Positions 1-11,836 of a stretch of DNA of 64,000 bases are shown one piece after another. A program made the translations under genes and the position numbers. Position 1 is the stretch's first letter. Every line of letters starts with the position of its first letter. This stretch comes from Eledone cirrhosa (Eukaryota). Under the pieces are notes generated by a model, which worked only from the letters and a program-made list of their open reading frames with translations, searched no databases and had not been told where the DNA came from. The stretch spans positions 4,154,001 to 4,218,000 of the forward strand of contig OZ024755.1 in NCBI GenBank assembly GCA_964016885.1. The letters run 5' to 3'.

Positions 1-223
1 CCCCATAATTAACTTAATTATACAACATATTCATTTACTTCTGTTTAATTTATTATAAATGAAATATTCCACAATATTTTTTTAAGCTAGTCCTCAATTA
101 AGTCACACAGATTTTTTTATGTAAATGTTGATATTCTGGTTAGCGCCATGAAAAGATGTGAAAAACGGATGTGTCATGACCTCTGGTGTTAATATTTGAA
201 CCATGGAATTATTTCAGCGATTG

Positions 224-280
224 ATATCACTCTGAAGACACCAGTTCTCATCCGATCACTGATGTTAAGCAACGTCGAGC
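224..280 (+). pseudogene. 5S rRNA 5'-half fragment (pseudogene)
   Basis: ATATCACTCTGAAGACACCAGTTCTCATCCGATCACTGATGTTAAGCAACGTCGAGC resembles, from memory, roughly nt 10-67 of invertebrate 5S rRNA including box A. It stops abruptly at a (TA)n run. Confidence 0.8.
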
Positions 281-335
<55 letters not shown>

Positions 336-339
<4 letters not shown>

Positions 340-486
340 CCATGGAAAATAGAGTGCTCTGTGCATAGAACAGAGCTATTTAATTAGAAAGTGAAAAACA
401 CAAAATATAGCTATTATTATTATTGTCTGTGATCCAGAAACCTTTGGTAATGGAGTAGTTATATTTTGTGTCGTTCACTTTCTAAT

Positions 487-491
<5 letters not shown>
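336..491. mobile_element. Fold-back (TA)n-flanked element with the 3' half of a hammerhead motif
   Basis: Arms 378-413 and 456-491 are reverse complements. The centre has GAAA-CCTTTGG-TA (437-449). It shares the GCTCTG...ATAGAGCACTCT segment with the elements at 20610-20868 and 27897-28213. Confidence 0.55.
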
Positions 492-564
<73 letters not shown>

Positions 565-566
<2 letters not shown>

Positions 567-1336
567 CATTTGTTTGTTAAAAAATCAAATAAATTAACTC
601 AAAAGTTAAACACACAGAGAAATAATAGGGTTGTTATCGAAAGAGCCAGAAGATTGACAAGTCGACCCTAAATATGACTAATAGCTCTAGGAAAGCCATG
701 AATGACACCACATCTCTTTTTAACTTTGATTTTGAAAGTAGTTTTATAATTATTAATTTTCACTATACTTTTGTAGCTGTCTCGGTGGCCTAGTTGGAGG
801 ACTCATAGACGGTGGTGATCCTGGTCTGCAGTTCGATCCTGGTCGGGAATAAGGTTCCTAGTAAACCTTTTCACTTTTTTTTCTATGGCATATAAAATAA
901 AAACTGAAAAAGATTACATGTACCAGGATTGAACCCACGACCAGGATCTCCAGTACCTACCGCTGGGCCACTGAGACAGATATGATAATCTACTGAAAAT
1001 TCATATTTATAAACCTACTTTCAAAATTTTCGAAACAAAATCATGTGGTGTCGTTCATGTCTTTCTTAATGTTATTGCTCCTACTTAAGGTCGACTTCTA
1101 AATCATTTGGGTGTTCCATAAACTACATCCTCGTTTTTGTTTCTCATCTATCTAGACTATATTTTAACCTGTAATCCATGTTTCATTTCTGTTGCACATC
1201 ATTCCCCCCCCCCCCCCCCCCACCCTCCCTCTATCTCTATCTCTCTGTGATATTTGGATCTACTATGATTTAGGCTTACCTTATTCATATATACATGTTT
1301 TTGCGAGTCAGTTAGATTCAAACTTACAATGATTAG

Positions 1337-1338
<2 letters not shown>
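565..1338. mobile_element. ~770-bp palindromic repeat containing two convergent tRNA-like heads (copy 1)
   Basis: Imperfect inverted repeat over about 650-1110. A box TGGCCTAGTTGG (786) and B box GTTCGATCC (831) on +; mirrored A/B boxes on - (960-970, 926-935). T-runs lie in the centre. An inverted second copy is at 18748-19511. Confidence 0.7.
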
Positions 1339-1398
<60 letters not shown>

Positions 1399-1402
1399 TT
1401 AT

Positions 1403-1512
1403 TGTTATACTTTGGGAGGGTCATGTTGCCAATGACCCTCCCAAAGTATAACAATATCGGTTTCAACACACGATTTCAGATAAAGAATCTTGCTAAACAA
1501 ATTTAGAAACGA
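1403..1512. repeat. Short (TA)n-associated fold-back repeat (TACTTTGGGAGGGTCATGTTGCCAAT family)
   Basis: Hairpin TTGTTATACTTTGGGAGGGTCA...TGACCCTCCCAAAGTATAACAA. Related copies at about 21700-21768, 22905-22935, 28330-28580 and 41362-41590. Confidence 0.7.
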
Positions 1513-1552
1513 AATATATATATTTATATATATATATATAAATATATATATA

Positions 1553-1897
1553 TATTTTTCGTCGTTTCTTTTAAATGTGTTATAAATCCATCATGGCGAC
1601 CAATAAATTTGTGCATCATCAGTAACTTATGCAATAACATTTTCGAAAGGAATATTTGTATCTACTCAAATAGTATTTTATTCAAACATTATTTTTTTAA
1701 CGATTCAACAACAATAGTTATTTTTTAATTTACAGAATATATATATATATATATATATATATCCAGGGAGTGTAACGTTAGACTAACGTTAGACTATGTA
1801 ACTATGCTGTATATATTCATTCTGTCATTACAACAGCAGAGGTTCGACGCGCGTCACCAATCAATAAACGTAATGAAGGCTTAGTAAATCGTCTTTG

Positions 1898-1980
<83 letters not shown>

Positions 1981-2165
1981 TGTAAATTAAAAAATAACTA
2001 TTGTTGTTGAATCATTAAAAAAAAAATTTTTGAATAAAATACTATTTGAGTAGATACAAATATTCCTTTCGAAAATGTTATTGCATAAGTTACTGATGAT
2101 GCACAAATTTATTGGTCGCCATGATGGATTTATAACACATTTAAAAGAAACGACGAAAAATATAT
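1553..2165. repeat. ~190-bp inverted repeat pair separated by (TA)n and a unique spacer
   Basis: 1553-1741 is the near-perfect reverse complement of 1975-2165. Confidence 0.85.
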
Positions 2166-2481
2166 ATATATATATATATTTTTAACGTTGGCAGCACTTC
2201 GCTGAAAAACCTCTCAGCCATAGAATACATAAAACTTTACACAATGTTATTATAGTTGTGAATACAATAAAAGCTCATCCGTTGTAAATCTGCATTTTTC
2301 GGAAACTTTGCTATGAAAATAAACATAAATCCCGGCGTCTTTTAACATATAAGTTCGATGGATTTCCGAATGAAACTGTCTACAGCGTTTTTATGATCTA
2401 TACGATATAATGTTTTCCAATCTATCAAGTTGGTTAACGAAAAGCTGTGTAATGAGCTAGAAAACCAAAGGATTGACATCG

Positions 2482-2563
<82 letters not shown>

Positions 2564-2747
2564 CTTAAAATGAAGAAGAAGAAGAAGAAGAAGAAGAAAG
2601 CGGGAACGCGGGGAGGGGTTCCTCATCAGTTGTCTACTGGGGGTCTCGGATATTTCAACGCTTTAAAGACAAGATATCTACCCCCAGAGCGTTCAATAAC
2701 TGTGTAAGTTATTGGGAAAATAAGGAAAATAGGGAAGATAAGAGAAA

Positions 2748-2832
<85 letters not shown>

Positions 2833-2892
2833 TCTATTATATTTAACATATTAAATGAGATGAGTGTGGAAGCAAAACCCTAGAAACAATAT

Positions 2893-3483
2893 GGTTTCTG
2901 ATTTTGGCAGAAAACCAGCAATTTGAATGGAAGTGGGTAAATTCTATTAAATCGACCCCAGTACATTACTGGTACTTTATTTTATCGACCCCGTAAGGAT
3001 GGAAGGCAAAGCTAACCTCGGCGGGATTTGAACTCAGAACGAACGTAAAGGACAGGAACTCTGTTCCGTAAAGTAGATTTCTTCTCTGACTGGATGAAAT
3101 CTGCTGTATCCAGACCTGGAGAAGAGATGGGCTCCGCCAGGCTTAAATTGTCCTAGAAACACCGTATGAAAAATATGGCACCATTACGACTCCGTCAGGA
3201 GGTACGGGACCATACCATACCTAACTTGGCTTTCACAGCAAAGCACTCTTCGTTGCATGGCTGTATACACTAACATATACACACAAAATATAATTGTTTC
3301 TACTTTTTGGCACAAGGCCAGCAATTACCTCATTGTATTACTGGTACTTTATTTTATCGACCCTGTAAGGATGAAAGGCAAAATTAACCTCGGCGGGATT
3401 TGAATCCAGACCATAAAGGGCCGTAACTCTATGCTTCAAAACATGGCATCCGACCCTCTACCGATACTGCCAATCCACCGCCT
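2893..3483 (-). mobile_element. Two tRNA-derived SINE copies (family A, Meta/Sauria-like central domain)
   Basis: Reverse complement of GTTCAAATCCCGCCGAGGTTAACTTTGCCTTTCATCCTTACGGGGTCGATAAAATAAAGTACCAG at about 2893-3075 and 3292-3483, the latter with the head GGCGGTGGATTGGCAG. Confidence 0.8.
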
Positions 3484-3799
3484 CTATACACACAAAATAT
3501 AATGTCGGTGAAACGAATAATCCATCTCAGCCACATTCTTTTGTTCATTGCTTTTGTAAGGGTTTTGGTTTGTTATGTTAATGACTTGTTTTTATATTAT
3601 TTTGTTTATCAAATCTTTGCTCTGTTCTGTGTGTTCAATGTTTATAAGGTATCAATGGCGAAATAAGAAGCCAGATAAGGCGACTATATCAAAGTTGATT
3701 ACATACTTGTGAGTCTCACAATCATAAACGTTCTTCTCTCTCGCACGTCTTCTCTTTCACTGGCACATTAAATTCAATACATTCTTTACAAGACAAAGC

Positions 3800-3906
3800 A
3801 TATTTATATATACATATACATATTTATATATACATATATATATACATATATATATATATACATATATATATATACATATATATACACACACATATACATA
3901 TATATA

Positions 3907-3974
<68 letters not shown>

Positions 3975-4088
3975 TATATATATGTATATGTGTGTGTATA
4001 TGGGTTTGTATATGTATGTGTATATGAGTTTGTGTATGTGTATGTATATACATGTGTGTACGTGTATGTCTGTATGTATGTGTGTACG

Positions 4089-4119
<31 letters not shown>

Positions 4120-4152
4120 AGGGGATTGCATATGTATATATATATATGTATA
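3800..4152. repeat. (TA)n/(TG)n/(CA)n compound microsatellite
   Basis: Directly visible; source of the YI-rich spurious ORFs. Confidence 0.95.
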
Positions 4153-4339
4153 TGCTCCACATAAATTAGTAGTAAAGTATGATGAAGGAACCGCCATTGC
4201 TAGGAAAGACCTAATCACAGTTGTGTGTCGGCTGCCATTATTTATATTAGATGTAAACCCCGTTTATAAGCTTTGTCGTTGTACCATCATTTATTTTAAT
4301 ATGGTATCTTTAGAAAAGAGGAAACGATCGAATCCTTTG

Positions 4340-4635
4340 ATCTCCCTCCCCCCTCTATCTCTCTACCTTCCTCTATCTATAGCCCGCTCTCTCTCTCATA
4401 CACAAACACTTTCCCTTTCTCTCTCTCTCTTTCTCTCTCTCTCAGTTTCTATTTCTCTTTCTCTACCTTACACTATAGCTCTCTCTCTTTCTCTCTCTCC
4501 TTCTCCCTCCCCCTCCTCACTCTCTATTCCCTCCTCTCTCTCTGTCTCCCCTCTCTCTCTACTTCTACTTCTCTTTCTCTACCTCACTCTATCTATAGCA
4601 CTCTCACTCGCTCTCTCTTTCTCTTTCTCTCTATA

Positions 4636-4673
<38 letters not shown>

Positions 4674-4693
4674 CCTCTCTCCCTCTCTCTCTA
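4340..4693. repeat. CT-rich polypyrimidine tract
   Basis: Degenerate (CT)n. Confidence 0.9.
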
Positions 4694-5029
4694 TTATAAC
4701 CGTCATCACTACATCAAAGACTGTTATTTAGTCATCAATGAATCCAAGAAGATTCTCCCTTCCATGTTTCCCCTTATTTTTAACACCAACTCATTCGATC
4801 GCAGTATCTCTACCTTACAAAATATTGCTTTATATCAATATATGAAGTCACAAATACCAGTAATAATATACCACGATTGATTATAATGATATGAGTTCGA
4901 TACACTTCATCGATTTCAGCAGATCTAGACGTAGAGATATAGTGAAGACGGGTGGCGTTGCGGTGCACGTATCTGTAGAATGTTCAGTTAGTTGCACGTT
5001 AATTTCACAGGCTGGCTGTTCCGGGTGTG

Positions 5030-5441
5030 TCAGTATCGGTAGAGTGTTAGACACCATGCTTTGCAGCACAGTTATGACCCTTTACGTTCTGAGTTCAAAT
5101 CCCGCCGAGGTTAACTTTGCCTTTAGTCCTTACGGGGTCGATAAAATAAAGTACCAGTAATGTACTGGTTAATTGCTGGCCTTGTGCCAAAAATAGAAAC
5201 AATTATATTATATTATATTATATTATATTATATTATATTATATTATATTATAAGGGCGGTGGATTGGCAGTGTCGGTAGAGGGTCGGACGCCATGCTTTC
5301 TAGCATAGTTACGTCCCTTTACGTTCTGAGTTCAAATCCCGCCGAGGTTAACTTTGCCTTTCATCCTTACGGGGTCGTTAAATAAAGTACCAGTAATGCA
5401 CTGGGTAATTGCTGGCCTTGTGCCAAAAGTAGAAACAATTA
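5030..5441 (+). mobile_element. Two tandem family A tRNA-SINEs separated by (TATAT)n
   Basis: Full copy at 5254-5441 (A/B-box head, central domain, AGAAACAATT end) and a second copy at 5030-5203. Confidence 0.85.
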
Positions 5442-6048
5442 TATTATATTATACTATATTATATCATATTATATTTATTATATATATATATATTATATAT
5501 ATATTTATTATATTATAGTATAGTATAGTATAGTATTTTATACTATATTATATTATATCATATATTATATTATCGTGTGTGTGTGTGTGTTGGTGTGTGT
5601 GTGCTTCCATAAATTATGCCACTAACACTTTAGTAAATGACAATATATAACTCGCCACCCACATATAGTAATGCTTCTGATGACGGCGAATGGGCCTTGA
5701 CCAACTTATGGAAACCTAGTTACCCAAATATAGCAATTTATTTGTCTCATCCAGTGGTTCGTTTGCAACATGTCGTTGGGTGGGTTTACTATTTAGTCTG
5801 AAACATTAGGAAAAGATTGTTATAACAGCTGATTGCTAATTTCTAAGATACACTCAAATATGTCTGTACCTTACAAACATATACACACAGAAACATGTGA
5901 ATATGTATGTACTCACACATTATATATATATATATATAGAATATTCGAAAATATTCTGTATGTTTATAATAAACATTTTGAAGACCTAATCGCTATAGAA
6001 TAGAATACGTCACGTATTACAATTAGATTCTCGATAAAAGCAAGGGAA

Positions 6049-6091
6049 GTAATCTACGCGTTTCATTCTTATTAGAAATCTTCAGGACTAC
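6049..6091 (-). ncRNA. Type I minimal hammerhead ribozyme (identical copies at 6359-6401 and 6669-6711)
   Basis: Minus strand GTAGTC-CTGAAGA-TTTCTAATAAGAAT-GAAA-CGCG-TA-GATTAC: 6-bp stem I, stem II TTCT/AGAA, palindromic stem III ACGCGT. Confidence 0.85.
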
Positions 6092-7157
6092 ATATCCAGT
6101 GCTTTTATCGAGAATGACACAGCTAGAGACTTATAGAATACTTAGCTGTGTACAGGAACTGGTTTGAAAGAGCGGTTGCCGGTCCGGCAGAAATTAGAAA
6201 TTGGAATAAATGCTCTGAAATAGCGATATATATGTGAATATAGACATAGAATATTCGAAAATATTCTGTATGTTTATAATAAACATTTTGAAGACCTAAT
6301 CGCTATAGAATAGAATACGTCACGTATTACAATTAGATTCTCGATAAAAGCAAGGGAAGTAATCTACGCGTTTCATTCTTATTAGAAATCTTCAGGACTA
6401 CATATCCAGTGCTTTTATCGAGAATGACACAGCTAGAGACTTATAGAATACTTAGCTGTGTACAGGAACTGGTTTGAAAGAGCGGTTGCCGGTCCGGCAG
6501 AAATTAGAAATTGGAATAAATGCTCTGAAATAGCGATATATATGTGAATATAGACATAGAATATTCGAAAATATTCTGTATGTTTATAATAAACATTTTG
6601 AAGACCTAATCGCTATAGAATAGAATACGTCACGTATTACAATTAGATTCTCGATAAAAGCAAGGGAAGTAATCTACGCGTTTCATTCTTATTAGAAATC
6701 TTCAGGACTACATATCCAGTGCTTTTATCGAGAATGACACAGCTAGAGACTTATAGAATACTTAGCTGTGTACAGGAACTGGTTTGAAAGAGCGGTTGCC
6801 GGTCCGGCAGAAATTAGAAATTGGAATAAATGCTCTGAAATAGCGATATATATGTGAATATAGACATAGAATATGAAACGCGTAGATTACTTCCCTTGCT
6901 TTTATCGAGAATCTAATTGTAATACGTGACGTATTCTATTCTATAGCGATTAGGTCTTCAAAATGTTTATTATAAACATACAGAATATTTTCGAATATTC
7001 TATGTCTATATTCACATATATATCGCTATTTCAGAGCATTTATTCCAATTTCTAATTTCTGCCGGACCGGCAACCGCTCTTTCAAACCAGTTCCTGTACA
7101 CAGCTAAGTATTCTATAAGTCTCTAGCTGTGTCATTCTCGATAAAAGCACTGGATAT

Positions 7158-7200
7158 GTAGTCCTGAAGATTTCTAATAAGAATGAAACGCGTAGATTAC
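7158..7200 (+). ncRNA. Type I minimal hammerhead ribozyme (in the inverted arm)
   Basis: GTAGTC 7158-63, CTGAAGA 7164-70, GAAA 7185-88, CGCG, TA 7193-94, GATTAC 7195-7200. Confidence 0.85.
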
Positions 7201-7425
7201 TTCCCTTGCTTTTATCGAGAATCTAATTGTAATACGTGACGTATTCTATTCTATAGCGATTAGGTCTTCAAAATGTTTATTATAAACATACAGAATATTT
7301 TCGAATATTCTATGTCTATATTCACATATATATCGCTATTTCAGAGCATTTATTCCAATTTCATATATATATATATATATATACCAAATATTAAAACAAT
7401 CAAATCTTACTTTAATACATTTATT

Positions 7426-7472
7426 TGCTGACAATTGTTTCTTCCAGGGGGATGTCTGGAATCATCGGGGCA
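7426..7472 (-). ncRNA. Degenerate type I hammerhead motif
   Basis: Minus strand TGCC-CCGATGA-TTCCAG(ACATCCCC)CTGGAA-GAAA-CAATTG-TC-AGCA. The core has a U-to-C change; stem III is palindromic. Confidence 0.65.
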
Positions 7473-7601
7473 TAGAGAATGTTTAAACTACCGGTAACTG
7501 GCTAGTACTTTGTACCACCCTCCATATTTATAATTGTATATTAAACATATATAAGTATAAATATTATTATTATTACTATATATATATATATATATATATA
7601 T

Positions 7602-7815
7602 GATATTAACAAATGGAAACTATATTTATAAAACCATATTTATTTCATTATTTATTTCATTATTTGAAATGTGTATAATGAAATAAATATGGTTTTATAA
7701 ATATAGTTTCCATTTGTTAATATCGTATTTTTACTCCAATTATTTGTTGAGTGCTTTATATCAGTTGTAAAAATATTTGCTTGTTGTATCCCAACAATTT
7801 AAATAGAACTTTTAC
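7602..7815. mobile_element. Fold-back fragment of the HHR family seen at 25531-25782 and 26682-26852
   Basis: Inverted arms 7602-7652 and 7676-7724. GAAA-TGTGTA-TA-ATGAAATA is retained. The 3' segment matches 25531-25640 in reverse complement. Confidence 0.7.
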
Positions 7816-7851
<36 letters not shown>

Positions 7852-9145
7852 ATATATACCATATAGTAATTTGTAGTTGATTTTATAGGTCACCAACCTT
7901 GGTGTGTTCCTCCTTAAGCACTCAACGTCGTAGTTCCTTAAATGGTATCCGATGTCCACAGTTCTGGAGCAGGAAGATAGCTTCAGACATGTGTTTTACA
8001 ACATAATCCATTAATACTATAAGTGCAGTGTCACTACACGTTCATTTCTTCTTCTATAGATCATGGCGACCGTGACCCGGCGGTGTGTGTGTTCTTTAGT
8101 TTTATCCAGCGTGGAATCAATTTCAAACCGCTTTCGTGAATAATGTAATGTTCTAATAATCTAAATGTAGAAGTGGTATATTGCTTATGGTAACATGACT
8201 ATACATCACATAGAGATGGAACCTTAATAAATCTTGTTCAACATTTTAGACTCGGAAATCTGACAGAATTTTCGTTTTAAACTAATATATATGTACAAAT
8301 ACAAACAAGCGCATGCACACGCACATATACATACACACATACACATATGTACACACACACATAAACATGCATTCATACATACATACGCAACATATGTACG
8401 TACGTACATATATATAAATAAATATGTATATACATGCATGTGTATGTGAATGCATGTATGTATGTATGTATGCATACATCCATGTATGTTTGTCTGTATA
8501 TGAGTATATATATATAGAGAGAGAGTGAGAGAGGGGGGAGCAGAAGGAGTAGTTGTACATATTGTATCAGTAGAAAATACACAGAGAAGCACAGTTACAG
8601 AAGACATACAGTCAACTGCATCTTTAGCTCGTCAGCCACGTTACTGGCGTGCAGTTTGGTGCAGGTGATTGACTATTCCACAAAGGGGTGTAGTTGTAAT
8701 GTAATTCTCAAGGAGATTCAATGCGTTACAGTGTTTAACACCCCTGACCCTTTGAATTGGATGTACCGCCTACCCAAGATTCATGACCATAGGTAAGGGT
8801 TGACAAGGATACCGAATTGAAGATAGCGAGGTTGACTTGTACACATATCTTCTTTCTTCTGATTCAGACATGTCAACTCTCCCCGTCCGATGGGAAGATC
8901 TTCTACCCACTTTGGGGTAGGTGAGAGATGTCTTCCCTTGTGAAAATAGGTATAGCTTTTATTATGTAAAATCTCCCCATTTGCCTCATTTCTCCCCGTT
9001 TTGGAACACTTTTTTTCATGGTACTCTCCGTTTGGGGTTTTAGGTTTTTAAAGGTTGACAGGTCTGTGATTGCCGAATGAAGTTGTTTCATTGCTGGAAT
9101 AAAACAAATATTACAAAAATATTGCAATTTCAAAATTTCATTTCA

Positions 9146-9532
9146 TAAAAATATAATACGTTACAAACTATAATACGTAATAAAATATAATACGTTATAA
9201 AATATAATACGTTATAAAATATAATACGTTACAAAATAAAATACGTTATAAAATATAATACGTTACAAAATATAATACGTTATAAAATATAATACGTTAC
9301 AAAATAAAATACGTTATAAAATATAATACGTAATAAAATATAATACGTTATAAAATATAATACGTTACAAAATAAAATACGTTACAAAATATAATACGTT
9401 ACAAAATATAATACGTTATAAAATATAATTGTTTCTACTTTAGGCACAAGGCCAGCAATTACCCAGTGCATTACTGGTACTTTATTATAATACGTTATAA
9501 AATATAATACGTTACAAAATATAATACGTTAC
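9146..9532. repeat. 17-bp minisatellite (AAAATATAATACGTTAY) interrupted by a SINE 3' fragment
   Basis: About 19 units; family A SINE tail at 9428-9487. Confidence 0.9.
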
Positions 9533-9856
9533 CAGGCTTCGTAAAAAAAAAAAAAACACAATGTCTATAAAAATACAACATATTTATATAAGAGCGGTGC
9601 CCCAGCTTGGCCTCAGCCGGATGGCTGGAACAGGTAAAAGAGTAAAAATATCCAGGAGAATCTATAACTGTTTATTATATATCGATTGATGTTTTGTTAT
9701 TGTTTGTTGTTGTTTTTGTTTGTTTGTTGTTGTGTTTTGTTCTTCTTGTTCTCACTGACACCAACTTTCCATTATTGGTTTACATCTCTGCCAGATTGAT
9801 AGGTTAGAAAAACGAAAAACAAAATGGCGGTTTCTCTACTCCTCTCTCTCTCTCTT

Positions 9857-9890
<34 letters not shown>

Positions 9891-10274
9891 TCTCTCTCTT
9901 TCTTACTCTCTCTCTCTCTTTCCCTCTCCCTCTCTTTCCCTCTCCCTCTCTATATATATACATATATATATACATATATATATATATATGTATCTTTCTC
10001 TCTCTATATATATATATATGTGTGTGTGTATTTCTCTCTCTTACACCCTCTCTCTGTCTCCCACACTCTCTCTCTCTCTCTCTCCATACCTCACATGTAA
10101 TCTAGTACAATTCCAAATTCTATTACTACAATAGTTAGATTGATTAACTAAACGACCGTAATATCTTCCAGCTTCTATGTTTTTTTAATATAATTCTTTG
10201 TCTTTTGGTTCTCTGTCGATATCCTCAGGATTGTCGACATAAAATAAGGATCGATCGACTTTCGTCAAATCGAA

Positions 10275-10463
10275 CCGAGGAAACAATGTTTCTGTTGGTC
10301 TTTCCAATTGCTAATATTATCTATCGGTCGCAACTCCAGAGAGAAGGAGCAACGGGAAATAAAGTGTCTTGCTCAAGGACATAACGCATCGCCCGGTCCA
10401 GGAATCGAACTCACAACCTCAGGATTGCGAATCCAATTCTCTAACCACTCAGTCACACGCCTT
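10275..10463 (-). mobile_element. tRNA-derived SINE (family B, CORE/V-like)
   Basis: Reverse complement contains GAGTTCGATTCC and CCTTGAGCAAGACACTTTATTTC. Similar copy at 49550-49730. Confidence 0.75.
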
Positions 10464-10940
10464 CACATTGTCGCCATATTGTTATTAAATACATCTTACA
10501 TGGAACTTTATACAAACCTGACAATCATCATCTTGTCGTAGTATGACCTATGTACAGTAGTTAGAGAAGCAGATCCTGGCAGACGAGACAGATCATGGCG
10601 TCATTTGTTGCATTATGGATTGCTGGGAAAACGTATAAGGCAAGGCGGGAAATCCAGAACAATACCCAGTATTGTCTGTTTAGGGTTCCCACAGTCAAAA
10701 CTGGTAAATATAGAGGAGTATGGCGAGTTTAGGGAAGGCGTGTGTCTGAGTTCTCTCTCCAGCGGTCTCTGTCTTTCATCATCGCCGCCATGTCCCGCGT
10801 CTCCCAGAGACCAGTGTCTGTCCTTAGGGCATCAATATATGTCAACCTCGGTCTCCCTCTCCCAGTGTGGTGGCCATGCAAGGGTTCCCACTAACACTAG
10901 TAAATATAGAGAAGTATGGAGAGTTTAGTATTAACACTAG

Positions 10941-10999
<59 letters not shown>

Positions 11000-11044
11000 C
11001 AGATTAAATTTGAGCCCTCTTTGGATTTTAGTCTTCACATTTAT

Positions 11045-11048
<4 letters not shown>

Positions 11049-11130
<82 letters not shown>

Positions 11131-11467
11131 ATATATATATATGTGTGTGTGTATATATATATATGTGTGTGTGTATATATATATATGTGTGTGTATATAT
11201 ATATATGTGTGTGTGTATATATATATATATGTGTGTGTATATATATATATGTGTGTGTATATATATATGTGTGTGTGTATATATATATATATATGTGTGT
11301 ATATATATATGTGTGTATATATATATATGTGTGTGTATATATATATATATATGTGTGTATATATATATATATATGTGTGTATATATATATATATATGTGT
11401 GTATATATATATATATATATGTGTGTGTATATATATATATATATATGTGTGTGTATATATATATATA

Positions 11468-11500
<33 letters not shown>

Positions 11501-11541
11501 GTGTGTATATATATATATATATATGTGTGTATATATATATA

Positions 11542-11590
<49 letters not shown>

Positions 11591-11693
11591 ATATATATAT
11601 ATGTGTGTGTATATATATATATATATGTATTTGTGTGTATATATATATATATATGTGTGTATATATATATGTATTTGTGTATATATATGTATT

Positions 11694-11743
<50 letters not shown>
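11049..11743. repeat. Patterned (TA)n(TG)n compound microsatellite
   Basis: Alternating TA and TG blocks. Confidence 0.95.
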
Positions 11744-11746
<3 letters not shown>

Positions 11747-11836
11747 GGCATCCCAAAAAATGTTTTCAACACCATTCTAATAAATATTGCTTGTACAGGT
11801 AATCAAAGTGTGTATACATTTTTGGGAGACACCCTG
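11744..11836. mobile_element. Tc1/mariner-like MITE
   Basis: TIRs CAGGGCATCCCAAAAAATG / CATTTTTGGGAGACACCCTG with TA on the left. Relatives at 18650-18727 and 36716-36960. Confidence 0.7.

Larger units (their letters stand above)
5938..7362. mobile_element. 310-bp hammerhead-containing tandem array with inversion (retrozyme / Penelope-like pLTR-type element)
   Basis: ATATTCGAAA recurs at 5941, 6251 and 6561 (period 310). From about 6873 the same sequence runs inverted for about 1.6 units. Each full unit has one type I hammerhead. Both ends abut (TA)n. Confidence 0.85.

Noticed and set aside
199-348. CCATGGAA on both sides of the 5S fragment as a TSD
   Set aside because: The right copy appears to belong to the adjacent fold-back element, and an 8-bp match is weak.
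776-860. Functional tRNA genes (here and at the SINE heads)
   Set aside because: A/B boxes are present but I could not build a clean cloverleaf, and they are embedded in repeats.
2600-2635. Minus-strand CTGATGA-GGAAC...GTTCC
   Set aside because: A stem II is present but there is no GAAA or cleavage site; at most a truncated relic.
5670-5726. CTGATGA...GAAA-CCTAG-TT possible hammerhead
   Set aside because: Stems I and II do not pair convincingly.
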